Below the pieces are notes generated by a model, which was not told the DNA's origin, made no database searches, and was given only the letters and a program-made list of their open reading frames with translations. This document shows positions 35,772-44,529 of a DNA stretch of 64,000 nt, in pieces; within the stretch, counting starts at the first letter, position 1; every line of letters begins with the position of its first letter. The translations under genes and the position numbers were made by a program. Origin of the DNA: a virus (lineage: Duplodnaviria > Caudoviricetes); the IMG/VR virus record IMGVR_UViG_3300042139_000023, one strand, 5' to 3'.

Positions 35772-36100
35772 GCGACGCCGAGAAGCGGATGATCCACGGC
35801 GCGATGCGCAGCGCCAACGAGTTCGGCGCGATGGTCCGGCACTACACCAACCTGGTGGAGGCGGCCAAGAAGGGTGCTTCCCCCTCGCAGGAGGTGGCCG
35901 ACGGCCTGGAGCGGGACCTGGATGCCGCCCGGCGCGACTTCGCGGTGGCCCGCACGGTACTGGGCCAGGTTCTCGGCTCCGCCGGAGTCGACGTCTTCGG
36001 TCCGGTCGAGGGCGACGAGGAGTTCTTCGAGATCAAGGCCAGTAAGGTCGAGGCCGAACTGGAGAAGTGGCGTACGGAACAGCAGGGAGTGAGCGCCTGA
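35768..36100 (+). CDS. Tandem paralog family member (short)
   Basis: VARTVLGQVLGSAG motif; ATGA coupling. Confidence 0.65.
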   Translation: MSDAEKRMIHGAMRSANEFGAMVRHYTNLVEAAKKGASPSQEVADGLERDLDAARRDFAVARTVLGQVLGSAGVDVFGPVEGDEEFFEIKASKVEAELEKWRTEQQGVSA

Positions 36101-36462
36101 TGGCGACGTTCGAGCAGGCGCTGGACAAGGCATTCGAGATCGCCTGGAACCACAGTGTGGCGGTCGAAGGTGCTCGCGCCAACCCGGACGTATCAGATCC
36201 GCAGGTGCACGATGCGATGGTGCTCTCGGCAGAAGCGTCCTTCATCGGCGCTGTCGACACCCTGGGCTCCCTGCTGCACCTGTCGGGACGCCTGCCGTCG
36301 TTCGAGCTGTCCACGGACGAAGGCGATCAGTGGATGAAGGACTCCACGCAGGCGCTCGCCCAGATGATGGAGTGGGCCCACGAAAACGGCCGCATCACCG
36401 AGGCGGAATACGCCGGATACCGAGCGGTGTACGGGCTCGGCGCCCGAGAGATCCCGCAGTAA
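36100..36462 (+). CDS. Tandem paralog family member
   Basis: IGAVDTLGSLLHLSG and MMEWAHENGRITEAEY motifs. Confidence 0.7.
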   Translation: MATFEQALDKAFEIAWNHSVAVEGARANPDVSDPQVHDAMVLSAEASFIGAVDTLGSLLHLSGRLPSFELSTDEGDQWMKDSTQALAQMMEWAHENGRITEAEYAGYRAVYGLGAREIPQ

Positions 36463-36488
36463 CCCAACGGAATCAGGAGAAGAGCGAC

Positions 36489-36941
36489 ATGAGCAGCGAC
36501 ACGTTCACCGATGCCGTCGAGCTGGCCTACGCCGAGTGCTGGCGCCAGGGCGAGCACCTGGAGGACATCCTGAACGGCAAGGTCAAGTACGGAGACGGCT
36601 CCGAGGGGGATCAGGATTCGGCGTACACCAACTACTGGCGCGAGAGCCTGGGTGCCACGAAGGTGCTCGGCGCACTCCTCGTCGCCCAGGGGGAGGTCGG
36701 CACCCGGACGTTCCCGGTCAACCTCGACGAGGCGCTTCCGGACTCCCAGCAGGTCTGGATCCGTCTCATGCAGTGGGGCATCCGCAAGGGCCTGACGACG
36801 CAGGCCAAGCTGGACCAGGCGATCGAAGATGCGCCGCAGCTCAAGGACGCTCTGCGCTACCTCGGCCAGAACCGCAGGCCGAGCGAGGCCGACCTGAAGG
36901 CGCTCGCCGAGTTCCAGATGAAGCAGACCCAGCAGGTCTGA
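36489..36941 (+). CDS. Tandem paralog family member
   Basis: LGATKVLGALLVAQG and LMQWGIRKGLTT motifs. Confidence 0.7.
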   Translation: MSSDTFTDAVELAYAECWRQGEHLEDILNGKVKYGDGSEGDQDSAYTNYWRESLGATKVLGALLVAQGEVGTRTFPVNLDEALPDSQQVWIRLMQWGIRKGLTTQAKLDQAIEDAPQLKDALRYLGQNRRPSEADLKALAEFQMKQTQQV

Positions 36942-36952
36942 ACCTTCTCGCG

Positions 36953-36987
36953 GAAGACCCCCGGAGGAACCGGCTCCGGGGGTCTTC
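36953..36987 (+). terminator. Hairpin terminator
   Basis: 14-bp inverted repeat GAAGACCCCCGGAG / CTCCGGGGGTCTTC. Confidence 0.72.
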
Positions 36988-37027
36988 TCGCGTCGTGCGA
37001 CATTCGGCATATGCCAGAGTGAAGCCC

Positions 37028-37061
37028 TGGCCATAGGCCATCAACATCGTTGTGGTAGACT
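37028..37061 (+). promoter_or_regulatory. Operator variant TGGCC-ATA-GGCCA plus TCAAC-N5-TGTGG-TAGACT promoter
   Basis: Read directly. Confidence 0.6.
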
Positions 37062-37084
37062 CGTGTTCACGGAAGGGAGAAAAA

Positions 37085-37309
37085 GTGGACAAGCTGAGTG
37101 AAGGGCGACAGGTGAAAGCTGTGGCCCTGGAGGCGGCCTCACGCGTCGTCGCCGAGAACATGAAGTTCTTCGCCCGCACCAACAGCTACGCCAGCAGCGA
37201 CCGCGAGGGCGAGTACAACGCCACCCTGGCGGCTCGGGCGACCATCGACATGGCCCGGCAGTTCGAGGCGTACCTGAATGAGCCGGAGGACACGGTGGTG
37301 ACGCGATGA
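37085..37309 (+). CDS. Hypothetical protein
   Basis: GAAGGGAG RBS, GTG start. Confidence 0.65.
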   Translation: MDKLSEGRQVKAVALEAASRVVAENMKFFARTNSYASSDREGEYNATLAARATIDMARQFEAYLNEPEDTVVTR

Positions 37310-37662
37310 AGTTTGTCCACGCCCGCAGCGAATCGGTCGTGCGCCGGTACGTGAACATCATCGACGGCCCGAAGATCCCGCACCCCGACAGTTCCGTCTC
37401 CGGCAAGAAGATCCTCCTGACCAAGGTTGAGATCCACTACGTCCTGATCTCCGGAGAGTGGAGGGTCGCAGGCGCGGCCTCCCCGAGCATCTACGCGGAG
37501 GGGTGGATCCTGAAGGGCGACGGCTCCCGTTCCCAGCGCCAGTGGAAGGGGCAGATCATGACGGCCCCGGCCCGGACCGAGAACGGCTGGCTGAAGAAGC
37601 TCATCGACGGCTCCCGGCCGACCGGATCGCCCGAGCTGCCCTTCGACGTGACGGAGGTCTGA
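37306..37662 (+). CDS. Hypothetical protein
   Basis: ATGA coupling. Confidence 0.7.
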   Translation: MKFVHARSESVVRRYVNIIDGPKIPHPDSSVSGKKILLTKVEIHYVLISGEWRVAGAASPSIYAEGWILKGDGSRSQRQWKGQIMTAPARTENGWLKKLIDGSRPTGSPELPFDVTEV

Positions 37663-37664
37663 CC

Positions 37665-38015
37665 GTGAACTACACCGTGGCCCAGCGGGTCAAGGGGATC
37701 CTGGTCAGCAGTGGCCACAACGACAAGAAGCGGGCTGCTCCGGACATGCCGACGGCGGACGAGATGGCTGCCGCCCGGCGGGCCTACGACGAAATGGGCC
37801 GGACCGGCGTCCTGAAGGTGAGGATCGGTTCCGGTGACTACTTCACCTCGGATCCCGACGGCGACGGCGCCCTCGTCAGGTACCACGGCTCGGTGTACCG
37901 CGAGGAGGAACGGCTTCGGCTGTACCGGCTCGCGGTGGAGAACTGCTCCTTCCGGGTGGCCGAGGAGGGCGACCCGGAGCGTCAAGGGCGCCGCCTGCTG
38001 AAGGTGGTGCGCTGA
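37665..38015 (+). CDS. Hypothetical protein (paralog of 32720..33058)
   Basis: GGAGG RBS, GTG start; shared motif. Confidence 0.7.
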   Translation: MNYTVAQRVKGILVSSGHNDKKRAAPDMPTADEMAAARRAYDEMGRTGVLKVRIGSGDYFTSDPDGDGALVRYHGSVYREEERLRLYRLAVENCSFRVAEEGDPERQGRRLLKVVR

Positions 38016-38017
38016 CC

Positions 38018-38203
38018 GTGGATGCCCTGACGTGGGTGAACACGGCCCTGCTCGGCATCATCGTTGTTCTTGGCTGGCTCAAGCTGGCCAACGGCGATGA
38101 ATCGGAGGGCTGCTGCGCGGTGATCCTCCTGTGCCTGTTTCTCGGAATGAGCGTTCTCGGTGTTGCGATATGGGGGCTCGGCTCCCTGATTGGATGGTGG
38201 TGA
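38018..38203 (+). CDS. Small two-helix membrane protein
   Basis: Two hydrophobic segments. Confidence 0.6.
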   Translation: MDALTWVNTALLGIIVVLGWLKLANGDESEGCCAVILLCLFLGMSVLGVAIWGLGSLIGWW

Positions 38204-38715
38204 CGGTGTACGAAAAGCCCGAACCGGTGGCGTACATCGTCCTCGGTTCCTACGTCCACCCCGAATGTTCGAACATTCCGATCCGCAACCGGCAGCCGGT
38301 CTACGCCAACGAGCTTCCGGCGATCGTGTTCTGCCGTGGCTGTGAGGATCAGATCCTTCCGGCGCCCTGCGTATTCTGCGAGATCATCGCGAAGCGTGAG
38401 CCGGTCGAGTGGATCCTTCAGCCCGACACCTGGCACGACGCGGTCGCCTTCGTCCCGCTGAACCCAATCACGGAAGGGCACTGCCTGATCGCCCCGAAGC
38501 GGCACGTGAAGGACTTCGCGGCAGACCCCGAGACGTTCGCCGACACGGCCCGGCGCGCAGCCGAGCTGATGCGGTGGACCGACCGGCCGATGAACCTGCT
38601 GTCGACGCGGGGCAAGGAGGCGGGGCAGGAGATCATGCACCTGCACCTGCACCTCATCCCCCGCGAGGCTGACGACGGGATACGGCTGCTGACCAGGAAG
38701 AAGGCAAAGCAGTGA
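38200..38715 (+). CDS. HIT-family hydrolase with N-terminal extension
   Basis: CVFCEII...AFVPLNPITEGHCLIAPKRH...HLHLHLIPR. Confidence 0.88.
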   Translation: MTVYEKPEPVAYIVLGSYVHPECSNIPIRNRQPVYANELPAIVFCRGCEDQILPAPCVFCEIIAKREPVEWILQPDTWHDAVAFVPLNPITEGHCLIAPKRHVKDFAADPETFADTARRAAELMRWTDRPMNLLSTRGKEAGQEIMHLHLHLIPREADDGIRLLTRKKAKQ

Positions 38716-39035
38716 AGAACAGGCAGGACGAGGTGGCCTACCGGATCCGCGCCGAGCTGGTCTGCTGCCATGTGTACGACGACGTCCAGAAGGAGGCGGC
38801 ACGCCTGGAGAAGCAGGGCGTGCCGGGCCACCATCAGGCCGCCATCGGTCGCGCCGTGATCCGAGGGGACTGGCACGACCTCTGCTACTGGGCAGAGGCC
38901 GCCGCGCAGATCGCTGAAGGCCGGTGTCCCGGTCGCGAGACCGACCCGAACATCTGCCGCTGCCCCTGCGAGGGGTGCAAGCACAACTGCTCGGCCCACA
39001 TCGAAGGAGAAGACAGTGACCTCTCGGGAGGTTGA
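38712..39035 (+). CDS. Cys-rich hypothetical protein
   Basis: ELVCC, HDLCYW, CRCPCEGCKHNCSAH. Confidence 0.7.
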   Translation: MKNRQDEVAYRIRAELVCCHVYDDVQKEAARLEKQGVPGHHQAAIGRAVIRGDWHDLCYWAEAAAQIAEGRCPGRETDPNICRCPCEGCKHNCSAHIEGEDSDLSGG

Positions 39036-39402
39036 GAAGATTTCGACCGGACGGTTCCCTGCGCCGCATGTTGCGTGGATCGTGAACCAGCTTCCGCGCG
39101 AACTCCACGGCATGTTCGGATTCCGAGGGGAGGAGGTCCCCGAAAAGTACGACGAGGAGATCGAGTACGTCTACAAGATCGCCTATCCCGACGGGTCCGC
39201 CTATCTGAAGTCCCTCCTGGTGGAGTACATCTCGGGCCGGGGTATTCCCACTGGCTTCATCATCGACGACGAGATCGATCTGGACGGCGTCAGGATGATC
39301 GTGAAGAACCACCTCCAGCGGGATGTGCAGTCCGGCGGAGAGGGTTCCGCGTACGTCTACCACCGGGTCACCGTCGACCTTCCGGAGGATGTCGATGGCT
39401 GA
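39016..39402 (+). CDS. Hypothetical protein
   Basis: GGAG RBS, codon bias. Confidence 0.65.
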   Translation: MTSREVEKISTGRFPAPHVAWIVNQLPRELHGMFGFRGEEVPEKYDEEIEYVYKIAYPDGSAYLKSLLVEYISGRGIPTGFIIDDEIDLDGVRMIVKNHLQRDVQSGGEGSAYVYHRVTVDLPEDVDG

Positions 39403-39931
39403 TCTCAGTCGGTACGAAGTGATCGAGGGCAGCGTCATCGTCTGCAATGACTGCCGCAACGGCGTGCACCGCGAGGTGGTGCACGCCTTCAAGGGCGCGT
39501 CGTTCTCCGTGGAGGAGATGCACACCGAGATCACGATGCACGAGTGGAATCGGCACGAGCCGGAGTTCGCCGACAACGCGGACAGCAACGGCCTCGCGGC
39601 GAAGCGGGCCTCCGAGGCTCTGGCCGAGCACGTCGAGAAGGTCGAGGACGATCTTCGCACGGACCGCTACTACGCCTGCTACCCGCCCGCCACGGCCTAC
39701 CGCGACGGCATGGTCAACGGCATGGGCGGGGCGACCGGCGACATGGCCTCTCTGCTGGGGCCCGACGCGGTGCGCGCCATCGTCGGTGCCCTTACCGAGA
39801 TCGCGGCGATGGACAAGAACTACGTCGAGCTGATCTCCGACCACAACCGCAAGACGTGCGAGGACCACACCTGCTCGATCTTCGGGCACCTGGTGGATCT
39901 CGCCCGAGCTGTCGACGCGCAGCTCACCTGA
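39395..39931 (+). CDS. Hypothetical protein with C2H2-like N-terminus
   Basis: CNDC...HEWNRH; GGAGG RBS. Confidence 0.7.
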   Translation: MADLSRYEVIEGSVIVCNDCRNGVHREVVHAFKGASFSVEEMHTEITMHEWNRHEPEFADNADSNGLAAKRASEALAEHVEKVEDDLRTDRYYACYPPATAYRDGMVNGMGGATGDMASLLGPDAVRAIVGALTEIAAMDKNYVELISDHNRKTCEDHTCSIFGHLVDLARAVDAQLT

Positions 39932-39976
39932 AGGACCGGGCCGTCACCCCACAGGGCGGCCGGAAAGGAGAGGGTC

Positions 39977-40591
39977 ATGAGGTTCGCCAGAGACCTGGAG
40001 GACATCGCGAAGGAAGGACCCCAGTGGCAGGACAGGCCGGATCGCGAACGCGTCGGGCCGGACCGCTGGGGCAAGAGCCACTGGGCTCTGCTCGGGTACG
40101 TGGACGAGCGCGTGGTGAACTGGCACGGACTGCTGAACTGGGATCACATCCAGGTTTCCAGGAAGCACTGGCCGATGCTGTACGCGGCCCGCAAGACGGC
40201 TCAGGTGGGATTCGGCCCGTCGAAGGACGGCGCCGAATACGGACTGCGTCTGAAGCCTTCCACCCACGATGACCGTGCGGTGATCCTCGCCGACCACTGC
40301 GAGGTCGACGCCCTGATGGATCTGGTCGACGCGGGCCTGGTGACCGTGGACATGCCGAAGGTCAGCCAGACCGGCCAGTCCTACCTGCGTCCCGATGGTC
40401 ACGCGCTCAGCGATCCGAGCCCGCGTGATCTGCTGACCGGCCATGTCGAGTGGCTGCTGATGCCGTGGGCGAAGTTCGGTCTGACCGAACGCGGCTGGCA
40501 GGTAGCCGCAGCACTGCGACGCCACAAGGGCGCGGGCGGCGTGTTCGCCAGGTTCGAGATGCCAGAGATGACGGAAGGTGCAGACGCGTGA
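39977..40591 (+). CDS. Hypothetical protein
   Basis: AAGGAG RBS. Confidence 0.7.
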   Translation: MRFARDLEDIAKEGPQWQDRPDRERVGPDRWGKSHWALLGYVDERVVNWHGLLNWDHIQVSRKHWPMLYAARKTAQVGFGPSKDGAEYGLRLKPSTHDDRAVILADHCEVDALMDLVDAGLVTVDMPKVSQTGQSYLRPDGHALSDPSPRDLLTGHVEWLLMPWAKFGLTERGWQVAAALRRHKGAGGVFARFEMPEMTEGADA

Positions 40592-40824
40592 AGATCCCGC
40601 CCCTTTTCGAGGTGGTGCAGCAGGCGATCCTGGGATTCCTCTCGGCCGCCGTGGTGAGCGGAGTCTGGTGGCTGGTCACCGGATCCCTCCCGGACGGCAT
40701 GGAGTTGTGGGCCGGTTCGTTCACCGTGATGTGGGCCGGATCGGTCTTCCTGCGGATGCAGAAGGCGCGCGAGGTGCGCGCCCTGCGTGAAATGTACGAT
40801 CGCCCGGCCAGCGACGAGAAGTGA
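40588..40824 (+). CDS. Small two-helix membrane protein
   Basis: Two hydrophobic segments; GTGA coupling. Confidence 0.65.
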   Translation: MKIPPLFEVVQQAILGFLSAAVVSGVWWLVTGSLPDGMELWAGSFTVMWAGSVFLRMQKAREVRALREMYDRPASDEK

Positions 40825-40879
40825 CTGGGGGCCGCCCGCCGGGCGGCCCCTTCCGGAAAGAGAGAAGACCGACGTGAGG

Positions 40880-41329
40880 ATGAACGTGCAGAGCACGAAC
40901 AACACGCACGCGATGAACGCGCTGCGCGTGTACGACGACGGCCGCAGTGCGGCGATCGTCCTGATGGCTTCCGATGACACGGAGATCGAGGATGCGCTGG
41001 GCCGCGTCTTCGAGATCCACGAGGCGCCCCTGTCGGACCTGGAGGCGGGTGTTCCGTGGGGTGCCGACGACGTCGGTGACTGCGAGATCCGTCCCGGCGG
41101 TGTGATGCTGACCGTGGAGGGGACCGGTGGCAGCTTCATGGGCCTGCGCTTCGAGGCGGCATGGAGCACGACGTCCCCGGGTTGGCGCCGGGCGGCCCGC
41201 GACAACGGCTGCGCCTGGCTGGCCCTGCCGGGCCGCTCGACGTACGACCACATCGCCAGGGCGGTCGCTTCGGGCTCCCTGGTGCAGCTCCCGGCCATGC
41301 CGGTGCTGAAGCTGGAGGTGACCCGGTGA
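40880..41329 (+). CDS. Hypothetical protein
   Basis: Codon bias; start uncertain. Confidence 0.65.
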   Translation: MNVQSTNNTHAMNALRVYDDGRSAAIVLMASDDTEIEDALGRVFEIHEAPLSDLEAGVPWGADDVGDCEIRPGGVMLTVEGTGGSFMGLRFEAAWSTTSPGWRRAARDNGCAWLALPGRSTYDHIARAVASGSLVQLPAMPVLKLEVTR

Positions 41330-41520
41330 GTCGCATCGATAACACGGTGACGACTGTCCTGCTCTGCGGCTGCCGCATCAAGCTGAGGATCAAGCCGTTG
41401 CGGCCCAGCGCCCGGTTCGGCTGCCGCTCCAACCAGGGGCACTCCTACAACCAGCTCTGGGCGTCGTACGAGGACAACGGCCGCACCTTCGAGAACCCCC
41501 TGGTCCCCGCCTCAGTGTGA
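41326..41520 (+). CDS. Small hypothetical protein
   Basis: GTGA coupling; CGC...C...H. Confidence 0.6.
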   Translation: MSRIDNTVTTVLLCGCRIKLRIKPLRPSARFGCRSNQGHSYNQLWASYEDNGRTFENPLVPASV

Positions 41521-41632
41521 CGATCGCCACGGCCGCAGTGACCAATCCTGGACCCTGCGGCCGTGGCACTGCTGCGAAGATTTCACCAGTGACCGACACC
41601 AGAGAGCGGTTCACCGGAAGGAGAAGGAAGAC

Positions 41633-41902
41633 ATGAGAGTTCCCGTGACGGCCATCGCCAACGGTGAGTTCAGTAATCCCGAGGAAGGCACCACGGCCAC
41701 GGTCGACCGTCTGGTGATGGCTGCCTCGTACTGGAAGGTCAGCGACTCGGCCCTGCGGTCCCTGGTCCACCTCACGGCTCTGGCCTGCGCCTCCGACAAG
41801 GTCGTCTCGATGACCCTGCTGACGGCCGACCTCGACGAGCTGGTCCGGCGTGGCCTCATCCGGTGCGGCGCCGACCGCCCCGACACGGTGGTGCTGATCT
41901 GA
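41633..41902 (+). CDS. Hypothetical protein, possible wHTH
   Basis: GGAGAAGG RBS; LDELVRRGLI. Confidence 0.65.
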   Translation: MRVPVTAIANGEFSNPEEGTTATVDRLVMAASYWKVSDSALRSLVHLTALACASDKVVSMTLLTADLDELVRRGLIRCGADRPDTVVLI

Positions 41903-42159
41903 TGGCCCTCCAGCGCATCAGCAAAATCGTGAAGACGCCTGAGAACGAAGTGGTCTACGCGATCGGAGACGGAGAGGCGGGCACCGGTTTCCGGATGATC
42001 TGCTCCGGCTGCCCCGGCAAGGACGTCGAGTACAACAGCGCGGCGGCGGCCATCCTCGGCGTCTCGTACCATGCCGAACTGGACCCGGACGAGCGCTTCG
42101 TTCCCACCACGAAGAACCCGCGCCCCAAGCCCCGCGAGATTCCGGAGGATGAGCTGTGA
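41902..42159 (+). CDS. Hypothetical protein
   Basis: TGATG coupling. Confidence 0.65.
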   Translation: MALQRISKIVKTPENEVVYAIGDGEAGTGFRMICSGCPGKDVEYNSAAAAILGVSYHAELDPDERFVPTTKNPRPKPREIPEDEL

Positions 42160-42905
42160 CCGATGACACCGATTTCGACGGGTGTCACCGGGAGTGCCGG
42201 ACCAAGGGCAAGCACTCCCGGGTGTGGGGCGGCTGCGAGTTCGGCATCCGGCCCGAGCCCACGGTGAGCATGTCGAAGGTCTACACGGCGGGCGACGGCT
42301 ATCCCTCGATCGGGTACGACTCGTACACCGTGGACCAGCTCACCGAGCTGATCGAGCCCGCCCTGAAGGGCATCACCGTGCGCCTCGGCCCGAACTCGTC
42401 GGCCGCCGTCCAGCGCGGCGAGTCGTTCCGCCTCTCCGGCGGCGAGATGTGGGCCATCGCCCGGCAGGCGGCGCACGCGATCGTCCACCGCAACGACCCG
42501 GACCGGCCGCCCCTGGAGACTCCGTTCGTCACGCGAGTCATGGAGATCTTCTCCCTGTCGCACGCCGACAGCTACGGGGATCTGTTCTGGCGGGTGGACG
42601 ACGGCGAGCTGAAGCTGTACGCCAACGTCTCGGACGTCTTCTTCTGGGGCGGCAGCGACGTCGAGGAGATCACCCGTGAGACGCTGCCCGAGCTGGAGAA
42701 GGCGTACGCCGACCTGAAGGCCGTGGAGGCGGAGGAGTTCACGGCTGAGCTGTACGCGGCCCGGCTCCGGAAGATGCGCCCCCAGGGTGCGTACTACCCG
42801 ACGGATGCGCACGAATCCTGGCGACGCGTCTACGCCCTGTTCGACGCCTGCGGGCCAGAGCGGAGCGTCGACGTGGGCAATCCGAAGAAGCCGCCGGTCC
42901 ACTGA
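42156..42905 (+). CDS. Hypothetical protein
   Basis: GTGA coupling, codon bias. Confidence 0.72.
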   Translation: MTDDTDFDGCHRECRTKGKHSRVWGGCEFGIRPEPTVSMSKVYTAGDGYPSIGYDSYTVDQLTELIEPALKGITVRLGPNSSAAVQRGESFRLSGGEMWAIARQAAHAIVHRNDPDRPPLETPFVTRVMEIFSLSHADSYGDLFWRVDDGELKLYANVSDVFFWGGSDVEEITRETLPELEKAYADLKAVEAEEFTAELYAARLRKMRPQGAYYPTDAHESWRRVYALFDACGPERSVDVGNPKKPPVH

Positions 42906-42960
42906 CCGGCACAGCCGCCCGGCCTGAGCCGGGCGGCTCGACCCCGCGAAAGGGAAGACC

Positions 42961-43680
42961 GTGGGCATCCGCCTGAACAAGAAGCTCGGCTGGGCTCTGA
43001 CCGGCCTGGAGCGCGATGAGCACGGACGCCTCACCGATCCGCGCGTCAGTCTCGACGGCGTCAATCGCTACGTGGAGGACTTCGCCCCGCTGTACCTGGG
43101 GTACCTGGAGGCGCTGCGCGACGCGGAGCCCGAGAACTCCGACGCCTGGTTCGACCTGATGATGTCGATCGAGATGGTGAAGGCGGCCCGTGACCAGGAT
43201 GGCGTTCTGAACTGGCCGGTCACCTGCCGGTCGGACGCCGGATACCGCGACCTGCTGCTCATCCAGCCGGTGGGATATCAGGGCTGGAGCCGGTACGGCG
43301 ACCCGCTCGACCAGCAGGAGGAGGCGATGCTGTACCCCGGCATGGAGCCTCGCGTGGTGCCCATGCCGTACGGCATCTACCCCTTCGAGGGGCTGTACAT
43401 GGACAGCCGCACCGGCCAGAAGCTGGACTCCACGGCCAAGCGGATCGTCGACCGGCTGCTGGAGGTGGCCGAGAAGGACGACGACAAGCGTGAGGACCGG
43501 CTGAAGGCGGCCGACCACCTGGCCAAGTCGATGGGGTTCGAGAACGCGGGGCACGCCAAGGAGCACATTGCACCCATCGTGCCGCCCGACGTCCGCTACG
43601 TGATCTCGTGGCTGAACCTGCTCAACGGGCCCGACGCCTGGCTTCAGCTCCGGCCGGTGCTCTACGTCTACTGGTCCTGA
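42961..43680 (+). CDS. Hypothetical protein
   Basis: GAAAGGGAAG RBS, codon bias. Confidence 0.72.
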   Translation: MGIRLNKKLGWALTGLERDEHGRLTDPRVSLDGVNRYVEDFAPLYLGYLEALRDAEPENSDAWFDLMMSIEMVKAARDQDGVLNWPVTCRSDAGYRDLLLIQPVGYQGWSRYGDPLDQQEEAMLYPGMEPRVVPMPYGIYPFEGLYMDSRTGQKLDSTAKRIVDRLLEVAEKDDDKREDRLKAADHLAKSMGFENAGHAKEHIAPIVPPDVRYVISWLNLLNGPDAWLQLRPVLYVYWS

Positions 43681-44529
43681 TCAGAACGCGGTGACCCGCT
43701 TCACCGGCCCCGGGTTCCGGTCCAGATCGACCGGCCGGAACCGGGCGCCGGGCAGAGTGCAGCGCGCCTTCAGCTCGTCCCCCGACATCGCCAGAATGGC
43801 GTCAGCCTGTTCCTCGGCCGGACCGGTGAGCGCCATGTCCCCGTAGCTCAGCCCCTCGAACCCGGCGTGGTACGCCCGGGGTGCGAACGGGAAGGCGACG
43901 TGCAGCCCCTGCTGGGCCATGTCGTTGGCCATCACCCCGTCGTACAGCGGGCCCGTACGCAGCATGTTCTCCTCGCCGAACTCGGCCGTCACGGCGGCGC
44001 CCATCTCGGGGAAGTAGTTCGGCCGCAGGCGCTTCAGGATCTTGCCGATGCGCTCCGGCCGGTAGCTGGAGCCCCAGACCTGGAAGGCCCCCGAGAGGTA
44101 GACGGCGTCAGGCCGGTTCGGCACCCGCACATCGTCGGCGAGGAAGATGTTCTCGCAGGCGCTCACCGAGTAGGCGCCCGGCGCCAGCTTGTGGGTGTCC
44201 CGGTGGAACCCGAAGTACCCCACGCCGATCAGGATGTCCTCCTCCAGGACGTGCACCAGATCGTCCGGGCCCACCCAGTCCAGCGCCTCCTGCATCGCGG
44301 TGAAGACGTTGTAGCTGCCGCTCGGGTAGTCGATGTCGCGCACCTTCAGGACCGCCCGGCCCGGATGTGCGTACTCGAACTCCTTGGCTACGGCCAGAGT
44401 CTCCTCGTCGTGGCCGCAGTCCACGGAGAGCATGACGCGCACCCCGCCGTCCATGGCGCGGGCCAGGCGCCGCAGACATGCCGCAGCGAATCCGGCCCGG
44501 CGCCACAGGGGAACGATCACATAGTCCAC
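43681..44529 (-). CDS. GT-A-fold glycosyltransferase
   Basis: VIVPLWRR...MLSVDCGHD...VHVLEEDILIG (DxD-like EED); coupled to the epimerase. Confidence 0.7.
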   Translation of the reverse strand: MDYVIVPLWRRAGFAAACLRRLARAMDGGVRVMLSVDCGHDEETLAVAKEFEYAHPGRAVLKVRDIDYPSGSYNVFTAMQEALDWVGPDDLVHVLEEDILIGVGYFGFHRDTHKLAPGAYSVSACENIFLADDVRVPNRPDAVYLSGAFQVWGSSYRPERIGKILKRLRPNYFPEMGAAVTAEFGEENMLRTGPLYDGVMANDMAQQGLHVAFPFAPRAYHAGFEGLSYGDMALTGPAEEQADAILAMSGDELKARCTLPGARFRPVDLDRNPGPVKRVTAF

